Both the position numbers and the translations under genes were made by a program. Under the pieces are notes generated by a model. That model saw only the letters and a program-made list of their open reading frames with translations, was not told where the DNA came from and made no database searches. DNA of 63,476 nucleotides, filler included. It is 3 parts of 3 records of this genome, joined end to end, with 100 filler letters (N's around TTAATTAATTAA, not from the genome) between each part and the next. Parts side by side here need not be neighbours in the genome. Positions count along the whole stretch, not along the records: positions 31,367 to 47,047 come from SRR31156797_9487; positions 47,148 to 63,476 come from SRR31156797_9491; 1 more part is not named here. One strand, written 5' to 3'. Positions 41,801 to 51,057 of the stretch are shown piece after piece (position 1 is the stretch's first letter; each line of letters opens with the position of its first letter).

Positions 41801-42077
41801 TGATGAAGAAGTAAATTCTTTAAAGCAAGCCACGCCTGTTGTTGAGGTTGAGAGTGATTTAAATAACGATGTCGTTATTTTTGCTCAAGATGAAAATTTA
41901 TGCATAAGCAATATCAGAAGTAAGTCTGATATATTGGTGTATAATATTTCCGGAGGATTAGTTTATCAGACACAAACTGCCAATCCAACAGTGACTCATA
42001 AACTTACTAAAGGAATGTATATTGTTCGTGTAAAATCCAATAATGCACAAGTTGTTGGAAAAGTTATTCTAAAATAG
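38817..42077 (+). CDS. T9SS-secreted multidomain HExxH metallopeptidase, paralog of the upstream gene
   Basis: Shared N-terminal domain, FN3-like LEPSTVYYMRAYA, ALHEMGHTIGVG, C-terminal VYNISGGLV...KGMYIV T9SS CTD. Confidence 0.8.
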   Translation: MKRVLMVLIVFVSIIAQLKAQEVGDTVSIGNTEYILQSENLISNPGFEDDFTGWTDATTSAATLSATYFTINSTGGVDDSQYLVGTTNASSSAAGSIGTGWSIESGKTYYFSYNAKYMDASATANSEEWCKISLTNNKTNAAEPLVLIDATSVDGGGAWTENSVAFTNTSPYSYIVARFRWLNSRLGFDEFALYEVIEIADTAQLKAVIQEAEELYDAAGEGAEELNAAITTAVGLLTDASAEEVKQGISDLEEAIYTFKLANATSENPVLMTDVIVNPSFEDAFDGWSNTGFVTQTNSVFLNKDGSIYIETWVNRGSQVSDVAVEQTVTDLPNGKYTLKAAAGNIQQTASGSTTNSGDPQTGAYLFAGAEVTAVNTIQEYSVDVIVVDNQLTFGFKTENATGNWVTCDNFRLEYKGFDIESIKVYLQTQVDIANTLLEGKMQDDVRSSLQGAVNLANEEIADDAVTEEELALAIDQIQSSITTAQAAQDAYDSIQDVIDEATTLYGTGEGNEAATFKSAIDAAVDISNNYTASNDDINTEEENLTKSILAYRIANAIGAVPVVVSNPNFARGSTMFFGRSTVTGVSVFGLLEYGYCWSTDPEPTILDNRSSDYLSNNGRIYRVENLEPSTVYYMRAYALTKNYAVGYGDVLKVITLPKGTVTYTLSDNVTGDMRDRMEVAMSEAVGYFNDLTSIQGHWLNVNYGSGTPTAEASYGGYMRFGPNTAYQKTGTALHEMGHTIGVGTHSMWYGPSSPLRETGSSGAWYGERTTKLLQFIDNNEETYLKGDAVHMWPYGVNGAQEDDGTDLLYISNALIVQALGEDGLPPTGGFATPAYTFELADDTKYYIKSEAEQTGLETKFLVLASSGNLLNKEMSAEEALANDSAAWTVDFNPVNSYYTIKNVATNRYVYYRGTGYNGFSTIERANPATNDYLQLMQGRVETSIGSMTKKGYWLIHPQATLSPSTLLASTSELIATTSFNIANTATTQRWLLLTDEEVNSLKQATPVVEVESDLNNDVVIFAQDENLCISNIRSKSDILVYNISGGLVYQTQTANPTVTHKLTKGMYIVRVKSNNAQVVGKVILK

Positions 42078-42103
42078 AATCCCAAATTAAACATCTTCAT
42101 ATT

Positions 42104-42141
42104 CAATCGCTTGTCATTTTATGGCAGGCGATTGTTTTTTT
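42104..42141 (+). terminator. Intrinsic terminator
   Basis: CAATCGCTTGTCAT...ATGGCAGGCGATTG followed by a T tract. Confidence 0.8.
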
Positions 42142-42173
42142 AATGATTTAGATGGGAAGAAATCCAGTGTTTT

Positions 42174-42983
42174 TTATACCTCCAAAAAGTACCTGACTGT
42201 TTTTATAAACAACTCGGTTTGTTCGGCATGTAACCAGTGACCGGCATTCGGAATATCGGCCAGTTGAGCTGAAGGAAAGTATTTACGCACCAGTTGCAAA
42301 TCATCATCCTGTACATATGGAGAGTTGGCACCACGAATCATAAACACCTTTTTTTCTTCCGGAAACTCAGGACAGGCATCAAATACCTCAGTGCCATCCA
42401 TAATGCGATCAAGATGATCTGATATGGCCTGAATATTTAACTTCCAGTACAAGGATTTATCCTCGTTACGGGCAATATTCTTAAGTAAAAAAGAACGAAC
42501 AGCATTATTGCTTATTCCCTCTTTTAATTCTTTATCCACAGCGCTTCTTGAGGGATAATCAGAAGGATTAACTGAAAGCAAGGTGTCTACAATAGCACAA
42601 TGATCATTGGTAATATGTGCATAATTGCTAAAGTTATTATAGGCCTTAGGAGCAATATCCAAAATAACCAGGCTTTCTACCATTTTAGGATATAACAGGG
42701 CAAAAGCCATAGCCGTTTTACCGCCCATGGAATGGCCCATAATGGTTGCTTTATCCAACTGTTGATCAGTCATGAACTCTTTTAAGTCCTCTGCCATCAA
42801 CTGGTAGTTCATATCTGAACTATGTGGCGATTGTCCGTGATTTCGCTGATCAATAATAAAAATACGAAACTGATCTTCAAGTAAACGGGCAATGCTTAAC
42901 CAATTATCAGAAGAACCATATAATCCATGAATGATAATTAAGGTAGAATCTCCATTGCCCAGTTCCCGAAAAAAAAGCTTCAT
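42174..42983 (-). CDS. Alpha/beta hydrolase (YbfF-like esterase)
   Basis: HGLYGSSDNW, DQRNHGQS, GHSMGG nucleophile elbow, AGHWLHAE; start MKLFFRELG. Confidence 0.9.
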   Translation of the reverse strand: MKLFFRELGNGDSTLIIIHGLYGSSDNWLSIARLLEDQFRIFIIDQRNHGQSPHSSDMNYQLMAEDLKEFMTDQQLDKATIMGHSMGGKTAMAFALLYPKMVESLVILDIAPKAYNNFSNYAHITNDHCAIVDTLLSVNPSDYPSRSAVDKELKEGISNNAVRSFLLKNIARNEDKSLYWKLNIQAISDHLDRIMDGTEVFDACPEFPEEKKVFMIRGANSPYVQDDDLQLVRKYFPSAQLADIPNAGHWLHAEQTELFIKTVRYFLEV

Positions 42984-42991
42984 ATTACTGT

Positions 42992-43708
42992 TTATTTTAC
43001 CAACTGTTGTTTGTATAATAAAACGGTTTGCTCTAGGCCTTTGTACAAAGCATCGCAAATTAAAGCATGTCCAATGGATACTTCAGCCAGGAAAGGAATA
43101 TTCTGTGAGAAATATTTCAGGTTTTCTAAACTTAAATCGTGTCCGGCATTCACCTTTAATCCTACCTTACGAGCCATTTCAGCGGCTTCTACAAAAGGAG
43201 CTACCGCAGCTTCTTTGTTTTTAGGAAATAGGGTAGCATATGGTTCTGTGTATAATTCAACCCTGTCTGTATTGGTTTTGGCAGCATTGGCAACGTTTTT
43301 CACATCGGTATCAATAAAAATAGAAGTTCTGACTCCGGCATCTTTAAACTCCTGGATAACCTCTTGTAGAAAAGACATGTTTTTAATGGTATCCCAACCT
43401 GCATTTGAAGTAATGGCTTCAGGTGGATCAGGCACAAGTGTAACCTGATGAGGCTTTACCTTTTTAACCAGGTTTATAAAATCCTCTGAAGGATAACCCT
43501 CAATATTAAATTCAGTTTTAATGATTGGTTTAATATCAATAACATCCTGGTAACGAATATGTCTTTCATCCGGACGAGGATGAACAGTTACCCCTTCTCC
43601 TCCAAACGCCTGCACATCAATTGCTGCTTGCACCACATTGGGCATATCACCGCCTCTTGAGTTACGTAGTGTTGCAATTTTATTGATATTTACACTTAAT
43701 TTTGTCAT
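42992..43708 (-). CDS. pdxJ: Pyridoxine 5'-phosphate synthase
   Basis: LSVNINKIATLRNSR, VHPRPDERHI, NAGHDL, EVSIGHALI. Confidence 0.96.
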   Translation of the reverse strand: MTKLSVNINKIATLRNSRGGDMPNVVQAAIDVQAFGGEGVTVHPRPDERHIRYQDVIDIKPIIKTEFNIEGYPSEDFINLVKKVKPHQVTLVPDPPEAITSNAGWDTIKNMSFLQEVIQEFKDAGVRTSIFIDTDVKNVANAAKTNTDRVELYTEPYATLFPKNKEAAVAPFVEAAEMARKVGLKVNAGHDLSLENLKYFSQNIPFLAEVSIGHALICDALYKGLEQTVLLYKQQLVK

Positions 43709-43883
43709 TTCTTATTATTTTGTCATCAAGCTCAGGTTATTAGTCTAAAATTAGGAAATAAACCAATCAATAACTTGATTGTTTCTTTATATGAAACTAA
43801 ATTTACCTGACACGTATAAAAAAAGGAGAAACCAGTAAATCTCTCCTTGGGGCAAAGTTAAGAGTATTTCTTGAAAGTATAGT

Positions 43884-44549
43884 ATGTTAGCAAAAGATTT
43901 GATATCAGATATTGTACCTGCATTAAGAACATCCGATTCCGGATTGGATGCCCTTAACTGGATGGAGGTATTCCGTGTATCTCACTTACCGATAGTGAAT
44001 AATAAAGATTTTTTAGGCTTAGTTGCCGACACCGACATTTATGATTTAAACAAACCGGAAGAACCTCTTGGAAATCATAAATTATCATTGTTTTCTCCTT
44101 TTGTTTATCAGCATCAGCATATTTATGCAGTTATTGAATTGGCTGCACGATTGCAGTTAACGGTAATTCCTGTGTTGGATAATAAAAAGGAATACCAGGG
44201 TTTAATTACACAAACCGATTTGTTAAAAAATTATGCCGACTTAATTGCTGTGCATACACCTGGAGGAATTGTAGAGATTGAGGTACCAACGTATGATTAT
44301 TCCATTTCGGAAATAGCACGTATTATTGAAGATACAGATACGAAAGTGCTGAGTTTTTACGTTAATCAGGATGACGTAGAGGATACCTTAAAAATTACGA
44401 TAAAACTAAACCGCGAGGATATTACCTCGGTGCTAAGAGCCTTTGATCGGTATGATTACAGGGTGACTGCCTCATATTCAGAACATGATACTGTTGATGA
44501 AGTTGTAAAGAAAAATTATGATGCCTTAATCAGGTATTTGAGTATTTAG
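43884..44549 (+). CDS. CBS domain-containing protein with an ACT-like C-terminus (AcuB-like)
   Basis: Tandem CBS pair (VSHLPIV, VIPVLD...GLIT) and PGGIV..DYSISEIARI. Confidence 0.85.
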   Translation: MLAKDLISDIVPALRTSDSGLDALNWMEVFRVSHLPIVNNKDFLGLVADTDIYDLNKPEEPLGNHKLSLFSPFVYQHQHIYAVIELAARLQLTVIPVLDNKKEYQGLITQTDLLKNYADLIAVHTPGGIVEIEVPTYDYSISEIARIIEDTDTKVLSFYVNQDDVEDTLKITIKLNREDITSVLRAFDRYDYRVTASYSEHDTVDEVVKKNYDALIRYLSI

Positions 44550-44564
44550 AATAGAAAAGTGTAG

Positions 44565-45998
44565 TTGTTAAAAAAAACAATAGATAAGAGATGTAAAACC
44601 GTACTGCTTTATTTGTTTTGTTGTCTGTCTTTTATATATGCACGTGATAAATCGGTACCCTTAATTGACCTTACTCAGGCCAATGACACAATAACTGTGT
44701 CAAAAATTCGACTTCAAGGAAACCATAAAACAAAATCCAGAGTTATTTTTAATGAGCTTCTTTTTAAAGAAGGAAGTAGGATAGATAAAACGGAGTTTTA
44801 TGATGTGGTAATTCAATCACGTCAAAATCTGGAAAATACCTCGCTTTTTAATTTTGTGTATATTAATTACTGGTTGGTTTCAAAAGATGAAATTGCCTTT
44901 GAAATTAAAGTGGATGAACGTTGGTATCTATGGGCATTACCAATTTTTGAACAGGCCGATAGAAACTTAAGTTCTTTTCTGGAAAGGGGAGATTGGAGCC
45001 GTGTAAACTATGGTTTTTACATTAAGCGTGAAAACTTTAGGGGAATGAATGAAACTCTTAAATTCAGGCTAAGAATGGGTTTTTTGAATGAGCTTAAGTT
45101 ATTTTATAAATCTCCGGATCATAATAATAAGCTTAGTTGGGGTTCTTCAATTGCTTATCAATCCAATAACCAGGTTAGCTATAATATATTCAATAACGAG
45201 CCGGTACAATTTAAAATGGATAATTCCTTTGTACAACAGAAATGGCTCGGGCGCCTCTTTCTTTTTTACCGACATCATCATTTGCACAGACATCAGTTTA
45301 CCTTAGGCTATAATGGATTTCATATAAAAGATACCTTGGCACATATGAATCCTGATTATTTACAAGATGGTAACACTAGTATGCGTTTTATCAATCTGGC
45401 TTATATGTATAGTTTTGACCAGCGCGATAATAAAGTTTATCCTTTAAGTGGCCATTTTATTACGGGTAGTTTAATGCAGGATGGTTTAAATTTATTGAGC
45501 AGTCGATTTGCTAATTTCTCAGCCTTTGTTAATTTTCAAAAGTATGGCAAACTGTGGCCTCGGTTTTATTATGGTATTAATTCCGCAATGAAATACAACA
45601 ACAAAGAACAAACGCCATTTGTATTGAACACAGAACTGGGATACAATGAGTTTTTAAATGGATACGAATACAACCTAATCGATGGAAGTAGTTTTGCTTT
45701 TCAAAAACAAAAAATCGCCTTTGAACTGATTCCCACCAAAACGGCAAATATTAACTTCATTAGCCTTAATCAGTTTTCAAAAATCCATTATGCATTATAT
45801 GTGAAAGCGTTTTCTGATATTGGTTACGCCTATAAATCCAATCCTCATTTTTCAAATAATTTAAGTAATACATTTTTGTATGGTTATGGAGTAGGTGTAG
45901 ATTTTGTTACCTATTACGATAAAGTATTATCCATTAATTACTCGGTTAATAAATTTGGGACCACTGGAGTCTACTTTCATTTAGATATAGCATTGTAA
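44565..45998 (+). CDS. BamA/TamA-family outer membrane protein with a POTRA domain
   Basis: I.LQGN.KTK..VI..EL POTRA, V.ERWY..P, ENFRG.NE, C-terminal barrel. Confidence 0.8.
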   Translation: MLKKTIDKRCKTVLLYLFCCLSFIYARDKSVPLIDLTQANDTITVSKIRLQGNHKTKSRVIFNELLFKEGSRIDKTEFYDVVIQSRQNLENTSLFNFVYINYWLVSKDEIAFEIKVDERWYLWALPIFEQADRNLSSFLERGDWSRVNYGFYIKRENFRGMNETLKFRLRMGFLNELKLFYKSPDHNNKLSWGSSIAYQSNNQVSYNIFNNEPVQFKMDNSFVQQKWLGRLFLFYRHHHLHRHQFTLGYNGFHIKDTLAHMNPDYLQDGNTSMRFINLAYMYSFDQRDNKVYPLSGHFITGSLMQDGLNLLSSRFANFSAFVNFQKYGKLWPRFYYGINSAMKYNNKEQTPFVLNTELGYNEFLNGYEYNLIDGSSFAFQKQKIAFELIPTKTANINFISLNQFSKIHYALYVKAFSDIGYAYKSNPHFSNNLSNTFLYGYGVGVDFVTYYDKVLSINYSVNKFGTTGVYFHLDIAL

Positions 45999-46094
45999 GT
46001 TTTTAAGAAAAAAAGAAATGTAGTTTTAAATAGTATTGTTTTGTCAGCGGCAATACTCTGTTTACATTTGCCATGTTAAAAATATAAACGCACC

Positions 46095-46976
46095 ATGAGA
46101 GTAGCCATCTTTGGAAAAAATTTTTCAGAGTCATTCAGAGTAACATGCAGTAATCTTTTCAGAAAGCTTCATGAGCATGATACGGAGATGTTTATTTATA
46201 AACCTTTTTACGATTATTTGGTCGGAAATATTGATGTTAAACCAAAGGCTAAAGGTTTTTTTGAGAAGCGTGAAGACTTGGTTGATATCGATTTCTTTTT
46301 GAGTATTGGAGGAGATGGAACGATACTCGAAGCGGTTACCTTAGTGCAGGATTCAGGGATTCCAATTGTTGGTTTTAATAGCGGGCGACTTGGCTTTTTG
46401 GCTGATATTGCACAGGAGGAGATGGATACTGCATTGGATCATATTTTTAATGGAGAATATAAAACTTCCTCGCTTGATCTCTTGCAGTTGAAAACAGAAA
46501 GTAACTTATTTGGTGATTTAAATTTTGCGCTAAATGAGTTAGCGGTGCACAGAAGAGATAGTGCTTCTATGATTACCATTCATGCTTACCTTAATGGAGA
46601 ATTCTTAAATTCATATTGGGCAGACGGTTTAATAGTAGCAACAGCCATTGGTTCAACAGCATACTCCTTAAGTGTTGGTGGACCTATTATCCATCCGCAA
46701 TCACAAAATTTGGTTATTACTCCAATTGCACCTCATAACTTAACGGTTCGACCTATTGTAGTACCAAATCATCTAAATATTACGCTAAAAGTAGAAGGGC
46801 GAGGTGATAAATATCTGGCGACACTTGATTCGCGAAGCAGGATTTTTGAAGAATCATTGGAGCTTAATATTCAAAAAGCTGACTTTAGTATAAACGTTAT
46901 TGACTTACCTGGAATTAATTTCTATTCAACCTTAAGAAACAAGTTGATGTGGGGTGCTGATAAACGAAATTATTAG
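46095..46976 (+). CDS. nadK: NAD kinase
   Basis: GGDGT, G.LGFL, ALNE, DGLIVAT..GSTAYSLSVGGP. Confidence 0.96.
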   Translation: MRVAIFGKNFSESFRVTCSNLFRKLHEHDTEMFIYKPFYDYLVGNIDVKPKAKGFFEKREDLVDIDFFLSIGGDGTILEAVTLVQDSGIPIVGFNSGRLGFLADIAQEEMDTALDHIFNGEYKTSSLDLLQLKTESNLFGDLNFALNELAVHRRDSASMITIHAYLNGEFLNSYWADGLIVATAIGSTAYSLSVGGPIIHPQSQNLVITPIAPHNLTVRPIVVPNHLNITLKVEGRGDKYLATLDSRSRIFEESLELNIQKADFSINVIDLPGINFYSTLRNKLMWGADKRNY

Positions 46977-47000
46977 AAAGAATACCTACTATAAGAGCAT

Positions 47001-47031
47001 AAAAAAAGGATAGATGGAACATCTATCCTTT
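47001..47031. terminator. Hairpin terminator, probably bidirectional
   Basis: AAAGGATAGATG-GAA-CATCTATCCTTT perfect stem with a flanking A tract. Confidence 0.75.
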
Positions 47032-47047
47032 ACCCTTAAAATCAGCT

Positions 47048-47147
47048 NNNNNNNNNNNNNNNNNNNNNNNNNNNNNNNNNNNNNNNNNNNNTTAATTAAT
47101 TAANNNNNNNNNNNNNNNNNNNNNNNNNNNNNNNNNNNNNNNNNNNN
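47048..47147. other. Artificial contig-joining spacer
   Basis: N44-TTAATTAATTAA-N44. Confidence 0.97.
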
Positions 47148-47193
47148 ACTCCGGGTATGAACCGAATGCTCTAGCCAACTGAGCTACATCGCC
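47148..47193 (-). tRNA. tRNA-Met(CAT), elongator type; only the 5' half, cut by the contig end
   Basis: Minus strand GGCGATGTAGCTCAGTTGGCTAGAGCATTCGGTTCATACCCGGAGT: acceptor 5' strand, D-arm and anticodon loop TTCATAC. Confidence 0.9.
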
Positions 47194-47216
47194 ATGTTGT
47201 TTTGTCAGCAATAATA

Positions 47217-47245
47217 TTTATATCATAAATCAATAAACAATGCAA
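47217..47245 (-). promoter_or_regulatory. SigmaA-type promoter for tRNA-Met
   Basis: TTGCAT-N17-TATAAA with extended -10 TG on the minus strand. Confidence 0.6.
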
Positions 47246-47305
47246 GAACTTTTTGACTATTTATGAATTTATATGGTTAGTATTTTTTTCTTGATTGATA
47301 TTATT

Positions 47306-49093
47306 TTATGCGCTACCATTATCTGTAATCTGAGGCATATCATCTTGTCTTAAAATGATATCGTTTTTGTTAATATATTCATTTACAGCTTCTTCGATTA
47401 TTTCATGACTAATATTATGGATTTTTAATTTTCTATTGTCCTTAAATACTGCACCTGCTCCAATAATAGTATATTTATAACCATTACAGAAAGTACAACT
47501 TTCGTCAACATTGTTAGGACGATTGCAGTCTTTATCGTTGCACTTAACACAAGCAGTTAGATGCTCATGGGGGATTGCCATTCCATTTATCACTCTTCCT
47601 ACACCATTACAATAGATACATTCCTCTGTAATCTTGTTATAGAGAGTTGTACCGCTGCCGCTGCAAACAGGGCATAAGTATATCTTTGGCAGGGTTTCAT
47701 AATAATCTATTACTAAATAAATAATTTCGTTTTTGGTATAATTTAAATTATATGCTTTTCGCACTGTCAAATCGAGTGAATAATTGTTGAGTGCTATGTC
47801 TTTATGTTCTGAATTTTTTTTAGAAATTGCGTCGATTGATGGCTCAACAGTATCTAGGAATTGCTCTTCAGATGCGAATAAGTCATCCAGAAATTCATCA
47901 ATTGTAAGTGGTACAATATTACTTTTTTCACTGTTTCTTTTTGATAGGCTTATAATTAGAAGTATAATACAAATAACCAGAATAACAATTAATGCAAAAG
48001 GCAGAGTATTTTCTATAAAGTCTGTAAATTCATCTGCGTTTGTTATAATTATTGATGATGCAGCTGATTTATCAATTGAAATTGTACTTATTAGTGTGGA
48101 TTTTGATATATCATAGAATTCTTTATGGGTTTCAATCTCAAAACTGTATTCCTCATTACTCCAACCATCGCTGGGTGAATAATAATACGAGAAGTCATTT
48201 GTATTTGAATATAATTCATTTATACGGAACATATCAATACTCTCATAGTAATCCCCATTTTGATAGACGTTAAGTGAAAGCAGTACATCATCAATTGTAG
48301 ACATCATATTATTAAGGCTAAAGGATATTTCCAAACTTTGAATATAATTTTTTTGTTCATTGCCAAGTATTTTCCGTAATTCAATATCTTCTATTTCAAT
48401 CATATCAGCGTAAATATTCTTAGTAATATTACCGCTGTTCTCTAGATTTACTGTACTCTTGTGTACCAATTGTTCATTGACAAAAGCAGTTATTATATAT
48501 TCTCCTGGTGGAATGTTTCCTGAAATTTTACCATTTGATGAATATAGGATAGGGGAGACATCGGATGATTCATTTACTCTTTTGACAAATACTTCTGCTT
48601 CAATTAAATCATTAAGCGTGTTTAATAGAGTTAAGTCAATATAGCCTGCTTCATTATATACAGTAATAGTAGTGTCCAATGATACTAGAGACGATATATT
48701 AAGCACATCATTTTGTTGTATTTTTTGCTGATGGAATGTAATCGCAATATCATAAGTACCTGGAGCTACTGAAGAATTCACATTAATAATAACAGGAATT
48801 GTTACCTTTTGATTTGGTTTAATTGAAATCAAACCTTTATCAGAGATGATTTCAATGCCATCAGGAGTAATAGTATCCAGCTTAATCCTTATTTCATTTG
48901 CATTATTATTAAATAGGACAATGTTTACCAAGGGCGAATCAATACTTCCCCCTTGAAGGATGTGATACTCATATGAATAAAAGCTACCGGAAACAGCAAT
49001 ACCACTATCTTCCTGTGCATATGCTTTGCTAAAAAAGAATATTGGAATTGCAATAAGCATTATTATGATTTTATCCCATTTATTATTTTGCAT
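47306..49093 (-). CDS. Hypothetical single-pass membrane protein: extracellular Ig-like region, cytoplasmic DnaJ-type Zn finger
   Basis: Signal peptide, beta-rich ectodomain, TM helix (ALIVILVICIILLIIS), CPVCSGSG/CIYCNGVG/CVKC/CTFCNG. Confidence 0.7.
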   Translation of the reverse strand: MQNNKWDKIIIMLIAIPIFFFSKAYAQEDSGIAVSGSFYSYEYHILQGGSIDSPLVNIVLFNNNANEIRIKLDTITPDGIEIISDKGLISIKPNQKVTIPVIINVNSSVAPGTYDIAITFHQQKIQQNDVLNISSLVSLDTTITVYNEAGYIDLTLLNTLNDLIEAEVFVKRVNESSDVSPILYSSNGKISGNIPPGEYIITAFVNEQLVHKSTVNLENSGNITKNIYADMIEIEDIELRKILGNEQKNYIQSLEISFSLNNMMSTIDDVLLSLNVYQNGDYYESIDMFRINELYSNTNDFSYYYSPSDGWSNEEYSFEIETHKEFYDISKSTLISTISIDKSAASSIIITNADEFTDFIENTLPFALIVILVICIILLIISLSKRNSEKSNIVPLTIDEFLDDLFASEEQFLDTVEPSIDAISKKNSEHKDIALNNYSLDLTVRKAYNLNYTKNEIIYLVIDYYETLPKIYLCPVCSGSGTTLYNKITEECIYCNGVGRVINGMAIPHEHLTACVKCNDKDCNRPNNVDESCTFCNGYKYTIIGAGAVFKDNRKLKIHNISHEIIEEAVNEYINKNDIILRQDDMPQITDNGSA

Positions 49094-49105
49094 TAAATTT
49101 CCTAA

Positions 49106-49744
49106 TTAGAGCTGCATAATCAATTCTTTTGCTAATATTGCAGCACTTGCAGCATCATCTGAATATCCATCAGCCCCAATTTTTACTGCGTATTCATTGG
49201 TGATAGGTGCTCCTCCGACCATTATTTTCACCTTATCTCTTAATCCTTTTGCCTTAATTGCTTCAATAGTTTTACCCATTTGAACCATAGTGGTTGTCAA
49301 CAGTGCGGACATTGCAACAATATTAGCGTCTTGATTTTCTATTGCACTTATAAACATTTCGTTGGAAACATTTGTACCAAGATCTATTACTTTGAATCCG
49401 GCACCTTCCATCATCATTTTAACCAGATTCTTACCAATATCGTGCATATCACCTTTTACGGTACCGATAGCAACTGTACCAATTGGTTCTACTTTGTTCT
49501 CTGCAAGTATGGGATTAAGAATATCCAGACCTGAATACATTGCTTTAGCAGCCATAAGAACCTGCGGTACATAGACCTTGTTTGCTTTAAACAATTTACC
49601 TATTTCGTTCATACCGGTAATTAGTCCATTGTTTAATATGTCTTCTGCTTTGCTTCCGTTATCTATCATAGACTGAACCAGTTTACCAACTTGAGGTGCT
49701 TTACCCGTTTTTACTGCTTCAGCCAGATTCTGATATTGTTCCAT
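49106..49744 (-). CDS. Corrinoid (B12-binding) protein, MtaC/MttC-like
   Basis: Cap domain followed by GTVKGDMHDIGKNLV, SALLTTT, VGGAP. Confidence 0.92.
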   Translation of the reverse strand: MEQYQNLAEAVKTGKAPQVGKLVQSMIDNGSKAEDILNNGLITGMNEIGKLFKANKVYVPQVLMAAKAMYSGLDILNPILAENKVEPIGTVAIGTVKGDMHDIGKNLVKMMMEGAGFKVIDLGTNVSNEMFISAIENQDANIVAMSALLTTTMVQMGKTIEAIKAKGLRDKVKIMVGGAPITNEYAVKIGADGYSDDAASAAILAKELIMQL

Positions 49745-49767
49745 ATACGTTAATGCTCCTATTGTAT

Positions 49768-51042
49768 CTATTGCTCAACACGTATAATGCTGTCAACAGA
49801 TATTACATTTCTATCTAGCTCAAGTGAAGATAGAGCTAGATTGATGTCCTTTTCAAATGCTGAGTGAGTTATAAATATAATAGGTACCTGGTCTTTTCCT
49901 TTTGATTTTTGCACTAAACTTTCAATTGAAATATTGTATTTTGAAAAAATGCTTGCTACTGTTGCAAGTACACCAGGCTTGTCTTTTACAGTCATTCGTA
50001 CATAATAATCACTAGTCCAGTTATCAATGAAAGATATATCGGGGTTAGGTTTTTCAGTATTTTCAAAAGTTGCATAACTATGTTTTATTACCTTACTTGC
50101 ATATATCATATCTGATATAACTGCACTTGCAGTAGGCTTAGCACCCGCACCTCTGCCGTAGAGCATTAGCTTACCTACGGCATCACCCTCTATAAAGATT
50201 GCATTATATGCATCATGTACACTGGCTAATGGATGTCTGTCAGGGATAAATGTAGGGTGTACTCTAGCTTCAATGCTATTACCGATTTTCTTTCCTATAG
50301 CTAATAATTTCATAGTATAACCGAATTCTTTGCCATATTCAACATCTAAGACTTTTATATTAGAAATACCTTCGCAGTATATTTTATCAACTGGTACTTT
50401 ACTATGGAAAGCAAGAGATGCAAGTATTGATAGTTTGTATTTTGCATCATATCCTTCCACGTCACTGGTAGGATCAGGCTCAGCGTAGCCAAGCTCCATT
50501 GCTTGCTTTAGCGCAACATCGTATGGTAATCCTTTTTCAGTCATTTCCGTCAAGATATAATTAGTTGTTCCGTTGATAATAGCACTGATACTCTGTACTT
50601 TGTTTGCCTGCAATGAGTGTATCATTGTTTTTATTATAGGGATACCTCCGCCAACACTTGCCTCAAAATATAGTCCGCTGTTACCTTCCTTAGCAGCTTT
50701 TTCAAGCCTTGGCCAGTATTGAGATATCATATCCTTATTTGCACTGACTACAGTTTTGCCGCTTCTTAGTAATTTTTCAACATATTCATTAGCAGGTGAA
50801 ATGCCGCCCATAAGCTCTACTACAAGATTTATCGACTCGTCATTCAATATTTCATTAAAATCAGTACATAAAATTTCTTTTGGAATAGCCTCTCTTTTTT
50901 TATTAAGAGATCTAACTAAAACTTTCACGATTTTAAATTCTATTTCATCTCTGTGATTAATTACTTTATTATTCTCTTCTAGTACTTTATATACACCTGT
51001 ACCAACATTACCAATTCCTAAAAACGCAACTTTCACTTTCAT
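49768..51042 (-). CDS. hom: Homoserine dehydrogenase with ACT domain
   Basis: GIGNVG, SANK, FEASVGGGIP, NGTTNYIL, GYAEPDP..DVEG.DA, ACT (DKPGVLA). Confidence 0.96.
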   Translation of the reverse strand: MKVKVAFLGIGNVGTGVYKVLEENNKVINHRDEIEFKIVKVLVRSLNKKREAIPKEILCTDFNEILNDESINLVVELMGGISPANEYVEKLLRSGKTVVSANKDMISQYWPRLEKAAKEGNSGLYFEASVGGGIPIIKTMIHSLQANKVQSISAIINGTTNYILTEMTEKGLPYDVALKQAMELGYAEPDPTSDVEGYDAKYKLSILASLAFHSKVPVDKIYCEGISNIKVLDVEYGKEFGYTMKLLAIGKKIGNSIEARVHPTFIPDRHPLASVHDAYNAIFIEGDAVGKLMLYGRGAGAKPTASAVISDMIYASKVIKHSYATFENTEKPNPDISFIDNWTSDYYVRMTVKDKPGVLATVASIFSKYNISIESLVQKSKGKDQVPIIFITHSAFEKDINLALSSLELDRNVISVDSIIRVEQ

Positions 51043-51057
51043 ATTTCCCTCAATACT

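Noticed and set aside
43011-43448. 145-aa plus-strand ORF, and the other small ORFs nested in or antisense to assigned genes
   Set aside because: It is fully antisense to pdxJ; such shadows are expected from codon bias and show no motifs.
47148-49093. tRNA-anchored genomic island or prophage
   Set aside because: The adjacent gene lies on the 5' side of the tRNA, no integrase or att duplication is visible, and the tRNA is simply cut by the contig end.
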